A DNA stretch of 63,234 bases, the filler included, from Blastocystis sp. subtype 4 (lineage: Eukaryota): the NCBI RefSeq assembly GCF_000743755.1. It is 8 parts of 8 records of this genome, joined end to end, with 100 filler letters (N's around TTAATTAATTAA, not from the genome) between each part and the next. Parts side by side here need not be neighbours in the genome. Positions count along the whole stretch, not along the records: positions 28,935 to 36,492 come from NW_014569130.1; positions 36,593 to 43,302 come from NW_014569129.1; 6 more parts are not named here. One strand, 5' to 3'. A program made the position numbers and the translations under genes. Below, piece after piece: positions 29,022 to 42,482 of the stretch (positions are counted from its first letter, which is position 1; each line of letters starts with the position of its first letter). The notes under the pieces are model-generated. The model saw only the letters and a list, made by a program, of their open reading frames with translations, was not told where the DNA came from and made no database searches.

Positions 29022-29140
29022 CAAGTGTTTGTTTAAAGACAAGCTCAATAAGTCACTGTAATCGTCTATAGAGCTCTTGTAAATTAGATAAAGTGAATAG
29101 TACATCAAACATATCAACCCAACTAAAAAACAACATTGCA

Positions 29141-30850
29141 TTATTTGAAGTCCTTATGGTAGTGGTCTTGAGAACGATAAGAATGATTCTTCTCTTCTGA
29201 CATATTCTTGTTAAACAAGTTTCCTTTTGAATTGCGTCGAAATTGGTTTGGTGCATGATTACCCTTGTTACGATGTTGGAACGAGTCTTGGATACGACCA
29301 TGATTATAAGGCCGTTCTTGGGAATGTACAGAGTCGTTTCGGTGATCTTTGAATGAATTCCCTTGTAAACGAATCTTGGAAAGAGGAGAGTTCTCCTTAG
29401 GTTGAACACGATCTTGCGAATAACGAGTATGCTTCTGAGAATGATGTTGCAAACGAGGAGAATTTTGAGAATGCATTTGATTCATATTGGGATTGAATCC
29501 CTTCAGAACTTCCAATACACTCGGTTCTACAAATTCTTCATCCAAATCGGAGTCACTCAACGATTCTTTATCGGTTGGATTGCTATAATGAAGACTGAGA
29601 ACTGTTTGCTTCATCTGACTTGTTACCTCATCTGAGGCGTTCACTCCGCGCATATAACGCTCCATTAATCGGTAGATACGTGTCATAGAATGGTATTTGC
29701 CATTCTGAAACAGATACAATCCATACACACAGTCCGTGAGGTTCTTTTCAACACTTAATCGAACAAGTCGTGAATAGAGCTTATCGGGAACATCAATAGG
29801 ATATGATCCAGATTCCAAAGAAGTCAGAACATCATCGACTACCATAGTAAGTAATGCCGAACCATCACCCAGTGAACAAACATCTAGCAACAGATCAATT
29901 ACATACAACACGTCCTTCATTGTGGATGCATCTACTAATTGGTAGATTTTATCATGATGATCCATGTACATAGATGATAGACGATTCACATCAACTGTAT
30001 CAGATCGAGCAATACCACGTAGTACCAGTGCAACATGACTCACATCACAATTGGGCTCATGGAGAAAACGATCGCAATTTGACCAATCAGAATTCCGTAT
30101 AAATACAGAAAGAATATGAGAGAGATCAGTACGGCGCTGATGCTTCTCTTCTTCACTAACAGGAATGAATTGTCGGAGACTCTTCCAAATTTGGGATGCC
30201 AACTCACAATCATTCTCTGAGTCTCGTGAAAGCAAATAGAGACTAATCTCAAGAAGTTTCTTGTCACTCCATGCTTCTGGATGGTTCTACCTATCAAAAC
30301 ATACATCAAAAGGTACACTGATGAATGTATTTAAGAAATCAATCATGATAGAATAACGACGATAATGGGAAATCCGTCGTAGGATCTCATACACATTCTT
30401 ACAGTTCACTTCTAAATACTTGTCAATGTCTTCCAAGAAATAACGAAGAAGAGTATCATCCTTCATTTGCATAGAGGAGATAAGTAATACACTGAACAAG
30501 TCAATGGAACTACTCTCGCTTTTTCCTTCCAAATAGTTTGTAGCTGCTTGACCCAACGTTGTAAAACCATACTTGACACTTTTCTTTGCTAGGCCTCGCA
30601 CTACAGAATCTTTGTCATCGGAAATTACATATTGAGCAGCAAAATTATTGAGAATTGGAGTAAATCCAAGAATGTCTCTTTGAACAATGTTGGAAGCTGC
30701 ATTTATTGTCGCAAAAGATTTTTTATCTAGAAATTGCAGAAACAACTCATTTCTACCAAAAAACGAATCGACAACAGACAAAACCCCCTTTCTCACCTGA
30801 AACGGATTAGAAAACACATTTCTTGAACGATTCAGGAAACGACTCAACAT
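29141..30850 (-). CDS. Hypothetical helical protein with mitochondrial-targeting-like N-terminus
   Basis: MLSRFLNRSRNVFS start; ORFs 30287-30883 and 29141-30235 joinable by a short intron; family not recognised. Confidence 0.55.
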
Positions 30851-30878
30851 TACAGCGAGATTATGAAACAAACAAGGA

Positions 30879-31554
30879 AACAACTATTTTCACCCGACAA
30901 TTTGGCATGATACTCTAACTAAAGATAAGCCAGCAATCTAAATTCTACATCAGCTTTTTCAAACAAGTCAGCGACATGATCTTCAACACTAACCAAACCA
31001 TTGGCAGTCATAAACATACCATCATCATCCTCTTTAACAGGATCTGGATGCATCAACTGCACTTTGCTGATATTGTCAAAGAGCAAATCGACTAGTGTTT
31101 ATGACCACATTTCAAACCTACTGACCGATTCATCTTCAGGCGAGAAGAGAATCTCAAAAACTCCTGTATCTTCTTCTTCTTCCTCATCTCCACTATCCTC
31201 AATATCAGCATTTGGATCTCCGAACATAACTTCCTGACAGCCGTCTTCTTCCGAAGGCTCCGAGATTTGACAGTAGATGCAAGGTCTTTTAAAGATGTCA
31301 GGCTCATGACAGACAGCATGGACACCAAGAACAGTATATTCAAAGACAAGAGAGTGATCATCCTTTGGATTCGAAAGGAAAACAATATTACTAGGAATAA
31401 CCAATAGGAATCAACCTAACTCTTCTAGTAAATACAGAGAACCCTTCAAATAAGTAGTCTTCTGGTTCACCAGACAGTCTACATTTTCCAGTTGATAGAT
31501 TGGGTCCCTAATATGTTCAGCTCCTTCAGCTCGTGATAATTCAAGAATTGACAT
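30879..31554 (-). CDS. CLNS1A: Methylosome subunit pICln (Voldacs domain)
   Basis: KGSLYL..NIVFLS...FEYTVLGVHAVCH...PCIYCQI, acidic tract, LFDNISKVQLMHPDP. Confidence 0.85.
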
Positions 31555-31620
31555 TGTTATACTGTTAGAATGATTGACCCCAAATTGGGGTGCAAAATCT
31601 TAGTTATTTCAACAAACAGG

Positions 31621-34600
31621 TCAATCATCATCAATTTCCATTTTATATTTCATCCGACATTCAGGGCAGAACCAGTCTCCTTCTGGAATTGTTTTGAGTC
31701 CAACACATTTCTACTTATCATTTACTCCCATTACTCCTACTAAATGGAACAGTCTTTCACATCCCTTCGTTCCTTCCTCATTTCCACAAATAATATTATC
31801 GTGCAAATCCAGTCCTTTCTTCTTACAAATCCCACAAACCTCTTCGCGACAGGAAGGACAATACCATTTTCCTTTGGGGACATTCTACATTTCAATTATT
31901 CGCATTAAGTTAACTTTCAGATGAGCACAAGCAAGATGGAAGGAAGAAGGGCAACCATCACAACAAATCAATCTACCACGCTTCCCACAAACGCTACACT
32001 TATCATCCCATTCATCTTCTTCACTGCCACTGTCACCATCACTCTCTTCACTGTCAGTGTCAATGTCACTATCACTTTCACTATCCTCACTTTCACTCTC
32101 TTCACTTTCACTCTCGCTCTGAATACGGCGTCTCTTGGACCGAACTGTTCTCACCTTTGTTGACCTCTTGTTTCCTTGCTTCACCACATACTCATCAGAT
32201 TCTTCTTCACTTCCTTCCTCTAGAAGCTCTCGAATCGAAGTTTCCTTATGAGCAGGTTTCGCTGTAGCAGACTCTAATGGACTTTTGATTACCTTCGTGA
32301 CCATTTCCATGAATGGATGATTTGTTTTCAGGACATGGAGAATCCATCGTAATAAGACCTCCAGGCCTATTTCAGATGTCTGTTGGAGATACACTGATAG
32401 GATCTCTCCATCCTCATTCTTCTTCACCAGTCGTAACTGACTACGTGCTTCATCCAATACTCTCTGGATCTCTTGTATGAGACTCTGAACAGTCTCACGA
32501 TCATGATCAATCTCTTCAGTCCACTTTAATGAAAGAATTGAAGCCATGTCAAGATCAACACTTCTCACAACTCTTGCCTTCATCACAAACTGCTTCAGAA
32601 GTTGTTTCAGTTCCTTCAGAATCTCCCCTCTAGTTTGTTGTACCTCTGTGGAACCAAATTGACTCCTATTAGTCAAGCCATTCTCCTTCACCTACAAAGA
32701 CGACTCACGCCATTCTTGTAACTTCTCACGTTTCACGGTATTCCATGATCTAAGTATCATTCTTCACTTCTTCATTTACTTAAACAGATCTGAATAATTC
32801 AGTAGAGTCCCTCGAAGCCGACTCTCATGGGAATACTTTCGATTCAGCGACTCAATGAAAGCCAGGATCACCGTAGGATCTTCAATAACTCTCCATATTG
32901 TACTGGAAGGAGTATGCGTTTCTATAGATCGTTTTGCCAGGTCTATTCCTAAATAACCATCTCAGAACCGACCACAAAGACCATTACCAGAAAGTATACC
33001 TGACTCATATCGTGTAAGGTATAATGAAGAATCATTATCAGTATGAGAATGAGCCAAATTCATAGATTGAAGAAGTGATGACTTGGATGCTATCTCCTTC
33101 ATTCTACTAAGAATAATATCGGAAGTTCTCATATAGAGATAATTATAATCAAAAGGAAACAAATAAAAAGTGTTCCCATATCGATCCATTCCTAATGGTG
33201 TTACTGATCCACGATTATTCGTTGAATCCTTTACCAAACGGATCATTTTCTTTGATGTTTCTTTATCAATACGTTGCTTTTCTTCATATTGTTTGAGTTT
33301 CTGTTTTAACTCTTGAATTGCTGGATGATTCTGAAGTTGATGGGAACGAGCTTGTTTTAAGAGTGTCTGAGTAATCAGAATACCAATGATTTCTACATGA
33401 CATCGCTGAGTATTACCTTCTTGAAGAGACTGTGATAAAGAATGAATGTATGAACTCTGCGTTAATGTTAATGGAGAAGAATTTGAATTGATGGTTTCAG
33501 GATTTGTTTGGATTTCCAGTTTTTCCTTCTTTTCTTGTCCTTTCAACGATAGATATTCATGAATGCAATCTTTTCGCTTATTTAGTTGATTTGTAATTTC
33601 ATCACTCACACCTGATGCTTCTATTGCCATTTCACAGAGTGAGTAGAGAATATACAGAAGCGACTTTCCTTTAGGTTGGAGACTTTGAGAGGAATAATCT
33701 TGATATGCTTTTGTTATCTCCTTAATGAAGGGATTGAACTTCAATGTTTCACTTTCTGCTAACATGGTACGAAATACCATCATTGCCACTTCAAGCCATG
33801 TAGTATAAGACACTGTATCAGCGTTAATATCAAACGTCTTAAATACTGATCGAAACACATCTGTTGGATTGTCCTCATCATCACTGGTATCATCGGAGGC
33901 TTCAGAAGATGACTCAGAGTAATCTTCGAGGATGATTCTTAACATACTTTGACCGATCCTAGAAAGAAATGACTGACAGGATTTGAATTCACTAGGTGAG
34001 GATTCTGACATCTCCGACACAATCATAGAAAAGAAGAAAAATTGATTGAAAGACATTACTGGAAGAGAGTAGACCTCATGAAAGACGTTTAGATGCAACC
34101 AGATACTCAAACACAGATTGAACACCTCAGCATCACAAGAAAGCAAATCTGTCACCGATTTGCTATTATCAACAAGCCTTGATACGAATAAAGGGTCATC
34201 TAATAGTCAGTTCCGGAAATGGAGATTACAATCAGCAGTCTGTGAGTGGGATGTATCATCTCGATTTGAAAGACAAGCGATTGAATCCTTGATTTTCAAC
34301 TTTCGGCGAGTTATCACCGACAATAACGATTCTGACCTTTTGATGTCATCCAAAAGAGCTCCAATTCGTTTTTCGTTTTCTTTCATTGATTCTGGGAGAA
34401 TATATTGTTTCTTTCTGAATACAGGAGCAATCTGTCGACTGCGAGGTGGATTTGCTTTCTTTGCATCAGTGGCAGGGTTTATGACAGGTATTATTTCTTT
34501 ACCACTGTAAATGGGTCCATACAAGATAGCACCTACTCTGTTGTTTGGTTTATCGGTTCCTTAAGAGTACAGCCAGTTGAATCCGATATTGATCTAGATA

Positions 34601-34797
34601 ATGATAGTAGCCTATCGAAAACCAACTCTACTCCATCTTTTGATATCTCTGATTCCTTTTCTCTACAGCATTGCCAACACTAACAATAAATACTCCGAGC
34701 TCTTTTCAATTTCGCTTTTCGTAGATCCCGAACTTTTCACATTATTGCTTACACTATTTTTCTTTTTAACAAAGAATGAGTCAATTCGAGTATCCAT
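31621..34797 (-). CDS. DDT-WHIM-PHD chromatin protein (BAZ1/ACF1-like ISWI partner)
   Basis: DDT-like SIWLHLNVFHEVYSL, WHIM2-like LGMDRYGNTFYLF, two PHD fingers (CSVCGKRGRLICCDGCPSSFHLAC; ...GDWFCPEC). Confidence 0.8.
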
Positions 34798-36664
34798 CGA
34801 AAAGAATAGATTAACAATGATTTTGGCGGTTCTCTAAGAATAAGAGGGATTCAGATGAAATGGTAGGATCATTTATGTTTAATGAAAACATGAGTTTGGA
34901 TATGTATTGGAGGTGATATCAATGATATCACCATGATGACAAATTTGTAGATAATTATTGTTTCACCGAAAGCAACCCTTCCTTAACTCGAGAATGTACA
35001 TTCAGATTTGCTCATACACATGTGATGCTTCCTCAGAAAGCATGATTTACAGTAAAACTGTTCGTATTAAGAACTATTTGAATGAGAAAATCTGAGAGAG
35101 AGTCAGCCAAAGATAGAAGATCGTTATTCGTTGAGAAAAACTAGTACACTGATTACATGCGTGCATAATTATTCTCTAGTATTCTCTAACTTAGACATTC
35201 AGGGACTCTCTTTTCTACTCAAGAAAACACAAAAAACAATTGCCAAGAATTTTGATCTAAGATAGCCCTATTATTAAATTGCTTCTCTAATAATTAATTG
35301 TATTAAATAAGGATCCCTTATTCTTTTGGGTCTTCACGGACACAACTGGAAACAGTTCATATTTCTTGTTGAACAATAACTGAAAAATAAGAATGAGTAC
35401 CCTCGCTCAGTATTCTGCTATTTTCGTTGAAGTATATTTGCAAAGGTTGCTTGATTGATAGGGAGCTACTACATCTGTGAAGGCTGGAGCACTCACTTGC
35501 TTTCATGTTGATTTCAGCATTTGGAATGTTCATCTCTCAGTTCATTGAGGATCGTTTTGAAGGATGTGATCGAAGGGAGTATTCTGTACAATGTATGATC
35601 AATTGTTGTGATGTCTAGACATACAATGAAGCCTGTTTGAGTGGATACTTGAACAATGCTGCTAAATGGGCTGGTTTCCGAGTATTCCTCAGACTCTTTG
35701 GTATTCCTTGAATTCTTTTGATTATGTTTAGATGTGATTGGATCAATTCTTCTTATTGCTGTTGGTAATTGTCTTGAGAATGTGTTCCGAGGTTCTGTGA
35801 TGTCTCGTGTTCTTGTATGATTCATTTGATTATATTCATTCGATAGAGTGGAACTCTTCTTCTTGCTAGTATCATGGTTGTATTTGAGATCAGTTATGCT
35901 TCTGGTCTTTCTCTTGTATCATTGATTGTATCTCATAATGCTTAGCAACTTCGTGATTTCGTTAACAAATGGGCTTCTTCTGGATATTATGCTTAGTATG
36001 ACTAATAATTGTGATTGAGTTATAGTTTGATGTCGACGTATTTCATGATGGATCATGCTTCTGATCTCATTTGGACTCTTGATAACGTCTTATATACCTA
36101 CTTCATGTTGATTTTGGGTTTCCTTACTTCTGAACATGATGTGATTCTTCATTACCTTGATTGACAAATAGAAGTTCAGTGCTGGTTATAGTAAGACTGC
36201 TTTCATTGGAGGTGTTTGCGGTTTAATCAGCTTCTTATGCAATGTTTTCAACTATTCTCGTGTTGCCTTCCTCGGTTGGGGAATGAGTATTTGTTAGTAC
36301 AATTGATAATGATTAGTGTTGACTCAACTGGTGAGTAACATTTGTCTTCTTGTGTTGATTGGTTGGACTGGAAAGGCTCTTGCTGGAATGGAAGGAGATT
36401 TGGTTGGAAAGAAGGGAAAGAAGGGCAAGAAAGGTAAGAAGGGCAAGAAGAGCAGAGCATAAAGCTTGTTAATGCCTTTGTGTTTCTTGAAANNNNNNNN
36501 NNNNNNNNNNNNNNNNNNNNNNNNNNNNNNNNNNNNTTAATTAATTAANNNNNNNNNNNNNNNNNNNNNNNNNNNNNNNNNNNNNNNNNNNNTCTTTCAT
36601 TCTTTTGGCAGAATCCTCCTCTTTATTCAAATCTCCTTCTTATCAAGAATCAGTAAGAAACAGG

Positions 36665-38574
36665 TTATTCATCCAATTTATCATCTCTTTCGAACATTGC
36701 CAAACTTTCTCTTGTTCTTCTTCTTGCTTCTTCATCATCTTCCCAATTGCCTGAAGATCCTCTTCCAGCAATCACACGTCGATCTCCTGGGAACATATCT
36801 ACTTATTATTTCTTTCAATCATTCCAACCTTCCAAATCACAAGTCATCTCAGGAACAAAGATCAAATCAGGATCGATGAACTAAACTTCAACCCATCTCT
36901 ATTTCCCTACCTGCTGACGCTTGATATACATTTCCAATAGAGGGGCTTCAAACCACAATTCCTTTCTATACATCACCTCAATTCAACACTTCTACGATTC
37001 ATCAGGAACAGTTGTTGGCTGGGTTGCTGCAGCTGGGAGACGAGGAGAAGCAGGCCGCTGCTGTGATGCGGGAGTTGCAAGGGCTCGAGGTGATTGAGGA
37101 GTCTCTAGTTTTGGTGGTAAAGCAGGTGTAGGAGATTCGTTAGTGGCAGGGGCAACAGGTCTGCTGACAGGACTTGGTAGTACAGGAGCCGTGGGTAAGT
37201 TCAAATGGGTATCAGGCACACGAGAAGGCGTTTGTGTTGATTTCTGGAAGGCACGCATTCTGTCCTGCATCGTTGGTGAAGTTGGATGAGACGAAGGAGA
37301 GGGCATGCGAAGAGGCGATGCCGTTCGAGGGTGTGTTTGGGTCTTCAGTTGCTGCTTTCGCTTTTCTTCTTCCTCACGTAGTTTCTGGAGCCGTGATTCT
37401 TCTGCTTCTTGAACTCGTGCTGCTGGTGATGAAGAAGAGATCCGTGGAGAGGAAGCATGTACTGATGATGCTGGAACTATGTGCGGAGATGATGCTGGAA
37501 CTGTACGTGGAGATGATGGTACATGTGGAGACACAGAAGGTGATCCATGCGATGGCACAGGAGACGTTGAGGCGGGTGAAGGAGATAAAGGAGTAGTGCG
37601 GGTAGATCCAGAACTCTTTTTTAAATCATCATTCACAAGCTGATTGACCAATTGGTTAAACACTCCTGATGCTGGGAGACCTCGGCTTAGACACTCGTTC
37701 TTCAGCCACATATATGGCATCTTTTGATACTTTGCCTTTAATTCGTCTTCTGTTACAGCTGCAGTTTGTTGAGAAACAGGTTGCGAACTGGACTGAGTTA
37801 CAGGTTGTGAACTGGCCTTAGGAAGAGATCGACGAACTGACGGTGACTGAGGCTTTGGTACAGATGTGACAGGTTGAGTAGCCGTCTGAGAAGGTGGCTG
37901 AGGGGTTGGACGAGAAATAGGACGAGAGACAGGAGAACGAGAACCGGAAACAGGGGATGAAGGAGATGTTTGGGAGATGGGAGATTGAGGAAGGCGAGTT
38001 GAAGGTTGCTGTGGTGTTTGATGGATATGAAGACGTGGAGATGAAACGGAGGAGCCTGGCGTGGGTGAAGATACAGAGGAGCCTGATTTGGGTGAAGAAA
38101 CATAGGGGGGCATGTTACCCTGCGGAACCACTCTCGAAGATGAAGGAAGTCCACTTACAGGTTTTGGCTCCACTTCATGTTCGGAAGGCAGATTATCCTC
38201 AGGTTTCGATGAAAGCGGTTGTGCAGCTACAGATTTACTAGTCGTTGCCGGCTCCTTCTTAACAATCCCTTTCTCAACAGATTCCGATGTTCGCTCTTCC
38301 ATACTTTCCTCCTTGATCGTATCCAAAGGACCTTTACGGGTACCAATATTGGAAGATGGATGAACCACATGATCTTTAACCTATGTTTAATATCAAAGAT
38401 CTAAGATATACACAAGCTTTTAACCATTCACTAATACTGCTGTATGATGCATCACACTTCTTCCATGACTTCTGAAAATCATCCTTATAGATAACCAATT
38501 ATGAAAGTAGATACATCCAAATTGTGCAGCATGGAGTTAACATCCTTCCGAACACATTCAGGCACACTTTGCAT
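36665..38574 (-). CDS. INCENP: INCENP (chromosomal passenger scaffold) with internal SAP domain
   Basis: Spliced C-terminus WFEAPLLEMYIKRQQ|FIDPDLIFVPEMTCDLE|DMFP...RGSSGNW matches the Aurora-binding IN-box; long S/P-rich middle; SAP-like YQKMPYMWLKNECLSRGLPASGVFNQLVNQL. Confidence 0.82.
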
Positions 38575-39037
38575 CTTATCTGTATCTCTCTATAGCACAT
38601 GGACAAATCCTTGGGGCCCCAAAAGCATAACAATACTGTTTTATCTAGTGTATATTGATTTTAAATCATAGTGGATGCCCTTCGAAAAGCGGTGATACAA
38701 AGTATAAAGGAGAAGGATGAGAAAGCAGAGGAAATGGAACTGATTGAAGTGTTTAATCGAAAGGTAGGGCATTTTAGAATGATTTCGAAACTAGTATCAA
38801 CAGTTCAAAGATAACTGATGTGTTCATGTTTCTTTAGATATATGATTTATCATAGATTTGTTTGTTTGTTCCTTTAGGAATGGAAATGAATAGAGGAATA
38901 GTAAATGAAAATGAGCATATTATCCGAAAGAAACGGGAATGAATAGAAGAGAGGGGAAATGAAATCGATTTCATTTCAGTTTCGAGGAAGTTTCATGATC
39001 GAATCATTGACGGACAATAGGTCATAATCATTCTCAA

Positions 39038-40279
39038 ATGTCAGGTGAATTAGTGAAAGAAGAAGGAAAGAAGAAGAAGGTTGCTTTGATTACAGGTATT
39101 ACAGGTCAGGACGGTTCTTATCTTGCTGAGTTACTTCTCTCAAAAGTAATGTATTGTGAATAGAATTGATATGTAGGGTTATGAAGTACACGGAATCATT
39201 CGTCGTTCTTCGTCTTTCAACACTGGAAGAATCAATCACTTGTACAAGGATCCTCATACACAGGGTGTAAACTTCTTCCTTCACTATGGTGATTTGACGG
39301 ATTCATCGAATTTATGTGGGTTGATGGCCCAAATCCAACCTGACGAGATTTACAATCTGGGCGCTCAGAGCCATGTGAAGGTTTCATTTGATTTATCTGA
39401 ATACAGTGCTGAAGTTGATGGAATTGGAACTCTCCGTTTATTGAATGCAATTCGTACGTGTGGTTTAGCGAATAAGACTCGTTTGTATCAGGCTTCAACA
39501 AGTGAATTGTATGGAAAGGTTCAAGAGATTCCTCAACGTGAGACAACTCCTTTCTATCCTCGTTCTCCTTATGGTGTGGCAAAGCAATTTGCGTTCTGGA
39601 TCATTAAGAACTATCGTGAGGCATATGGTATGTTCCTGTCAAATGGAATTCTGTTTAATCATGAGTCGCCTCGTCGTGGTCCTACTTTTGTAACTCGTAA
39701 GATCACTCGTGCTGTTGCTCGTATCAAGTTGGGAGTTCAGGATTGCTTGTATTTGGGTAACTTGAATTCGATTCGTGATTGGGGTCATGCTCGTGACTAT
39801 GTATATGGAATGTGGTTAATTCTTCAAGTATGTGTTTTTAGAGATAGATAAGTGATAGCAAGACAAACCTTCAGACTATGTGTTATCAACTGGAGAAGGT
39901 CATACTGTTCGTGAATTCTGTGAGAAAGCATTTAATCGTGTTGGAATAGAGGTAGAGTAAGAAAGGATGATATTGGTGAAAGGATAGATGGAGAGGAGAG
40001 AAGGGAAGTGTCAATGAGATTGGAGTTGATAAGGCAAATCCTGAACATGTGATTGTTCGCATTGATCCGAAGTACTTCCGTCCTAGTGAAGTTGATCTGT
40101 TGATTGGAGACTGTTCAAAGGCTCAGAAGGAATTGGGTTGGGAAAAGAAGGTGAGTTTCCAAGAACTTGTGGAAGAGATGGTGGACTGTGATCTTCGTTC
40201 AGCTGAATCAGATCTTCGTTTCTGCAAGATGGGAGGAGATCGTATGAGTGAAGAGAATGAAGAAGCCGTAGTAGTTTAA
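39038..40279 (+). CDS. GMD: GDP-mannose 4,6-dehydratase
   Basis: [69 protein letters not shown]. Confidence 0.97.
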
Positions 40280-40375
40280 GTTTGTTCTTTCTACTCCATC
40301 CTCTTGTTTGTTTCTTTCAGATTCTATGAGTGTCGTTGGTAGTGTTCAGTAGTTTTCACACTTAGATTCCTGATC

Positions 40376-42482
40376 ATGAGTCGGAATCGAACTCGAATCT
40401 ACCTGCACGACTCTCGGGTTCTTCTCTTCATTCCCTTCTTCGCAAAAAGGTTATAAAGTCTCAGGAATCCAATATCGAACAAAGGCTAAATGATTACGAT
40501 CTGGATGTGAATAGCATTTTATCATGGTTACATGGTGAAGCTGGATCAGAAGCGTTATTCCCAAGGAAGAAAGAGGTGGCAAATGATGTGTGGTCATACT
40601 CATCCGTAGGAATTAGCAGATGATAACAGAGAAAAGTATTGTATTGAAGTCAACAAAAAGGCATCTGATCCACCCAACAAGCAACTCTGTGACAACTGTT
40701 ATGAGAAGTTATCGAATATATCATTTAATAAATCCAATCCATTTGATGAAACACTGATTCCTCAGTATTTGCGTGATCGAATAGTACAAGGAGATTTATG
40801 TTCAGTAACGTTCGTATTGTTTTTAAATGTAGGATCGTTCTGGAAAAACCATTGTGTATCTCTGTAATAGCTGTTATGTGGATTTCAACTTTGCCTTTCA
40901 GACCTCTCAATATCTTGCATCTGTACTGTCAATACCATTGGTTATCATTATGGTTCGACCTTCTGAAGAGTTCACCTATCCCTTTTCTAATCATACTCTT
41001 CATGTTCTCTCCCACCTTTCTTTATTTCACAAAGAACTGGTTAAACTATCTGTTACTCCATTATTGCTATTTTCATCGTCATTATCCAATACAGTGTCTA
41101 ATATTGTAAAGGAGATGCATCCTATCTTCTTTATTATGGATCACTTTTCTGACTTGCGTTTCGCATCTGAAATGGCTCAGCTCATAGCGAATGACGTATC
41201 GATCCGTCAAGTGTTGATCGAAGTGAGTAATGTGGTTCCCATCACTACCTCACTCCCACTGTCATCCGTATTTCCTCCTCCAGCAGTATTTAACACACTT
41301 ACTTCCACAGTCATTCAATCTATTCAATCTATGAACGTCTCTCAAAAGCATTCATCCGTATCTCTTGATCCTTCGATTCAACTTCGTGTCGCTTATTCTC
41401 TTGTGAATGAAGAATCCTTCTTCTCTCGCAGTGAGTCAACACTTCTCTCTGATTTCTCTGATTGTGTTCTGATTCTTCCTCCTTTCCTTACAGCTGTCTC
41501 CACTCATTCATTATCTCCCATCAATCCATCAGACTTCACCTATGGAACCGAAAAACGAGTATTGAATACGGTAGCAAATTGGGGAGATATTCATCACGAA
41601 ATCCTTTATTCAACGAATTCATATGACAAAGACACATCAATTCATGATTCCATTCAATGTTCAAAATGGTACTACCCATTTGTTAAGAATTCTATTCCGA
41701 ATAGTACTGTTTATAAATTGAGTTGGAGAATCTATTCTGGTTTTCTGAGTGAGTATTCAGTTTGGGAAGAATGTTACCATAATTCTGGACAAATCTGTGA
41801 ACTATGTCAAATTGTGACTGTTAAGTATTGTTATCAGCAATTCTTTGCTATTAATCAGAGTACACAGAATATTATCCTTTCAATGCTAGATGTGATTGCT
41901 CTTACGGACCCTGTGTATTATCTTGGCCCAGTACAGCAGAATATACTTAGCACTCTAATTAATGAACGTATTCGGCACAATGGAGGGTTGTATCCAATTG
42001 ACAATCTTTTACAGACACTTCTATCGATTGTCTCTGTTGAGGGAGTAGATATAGTCTCTATCAATAAGTTCTAGTCTGTACCTCCTTGCTTCTTCTCTTA
42101 CTATATTCAATACCTCCTTCTCTCTACATCCCAATTGATGTTAAATACATCTCCTTCGAATCGACTTACTCTTCATCCTCTTCTTAATTCGATCAAGGAT
42201 ACTTGGTATTCTAGTGTGTATTGGTATCAATTATTATTTGTAGCTCAGTATAATGAAGTTGTTATTGGAGAGATCCTACGATGTCTGAGTATCATTGCAA
42301 ACCGATATGAGCATACTGTATGGATTTGTTGTTGGACTTATTTGTAGCATTCACTACTATCGATAGATTTGTTTGTGAGTGTAATAGCCTTTATAAAGAA
42401 TAATTAGTAGAATATCACTGATTTCCCCAAATTTTGTCAGGGAGCTCACGAGCTCCTGAATAGTTGCAAGAAACAGCGATAG
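40376..42482 (+). CDS. Hypothetical protein with degenerate class II photolyase-like alpha/beta domain
   Basis: KTIVYLCNSCYVDFNFAFQTSQYLASVLSIPLVI and FIMDHFSDLR...VLIEVSNVVP resemble class II photolyase VVYWMxRDQRxxDNWAL and VVTDFSPLR...VDAHNVVP (by-eye similarity); exon ends approximate. Confidence 0.45.

Noticed and set aside
35300..36492. Low-complexity - strand coding fragments
   Set aside because: Truncated by a gap, no motif recognised, no reliable model
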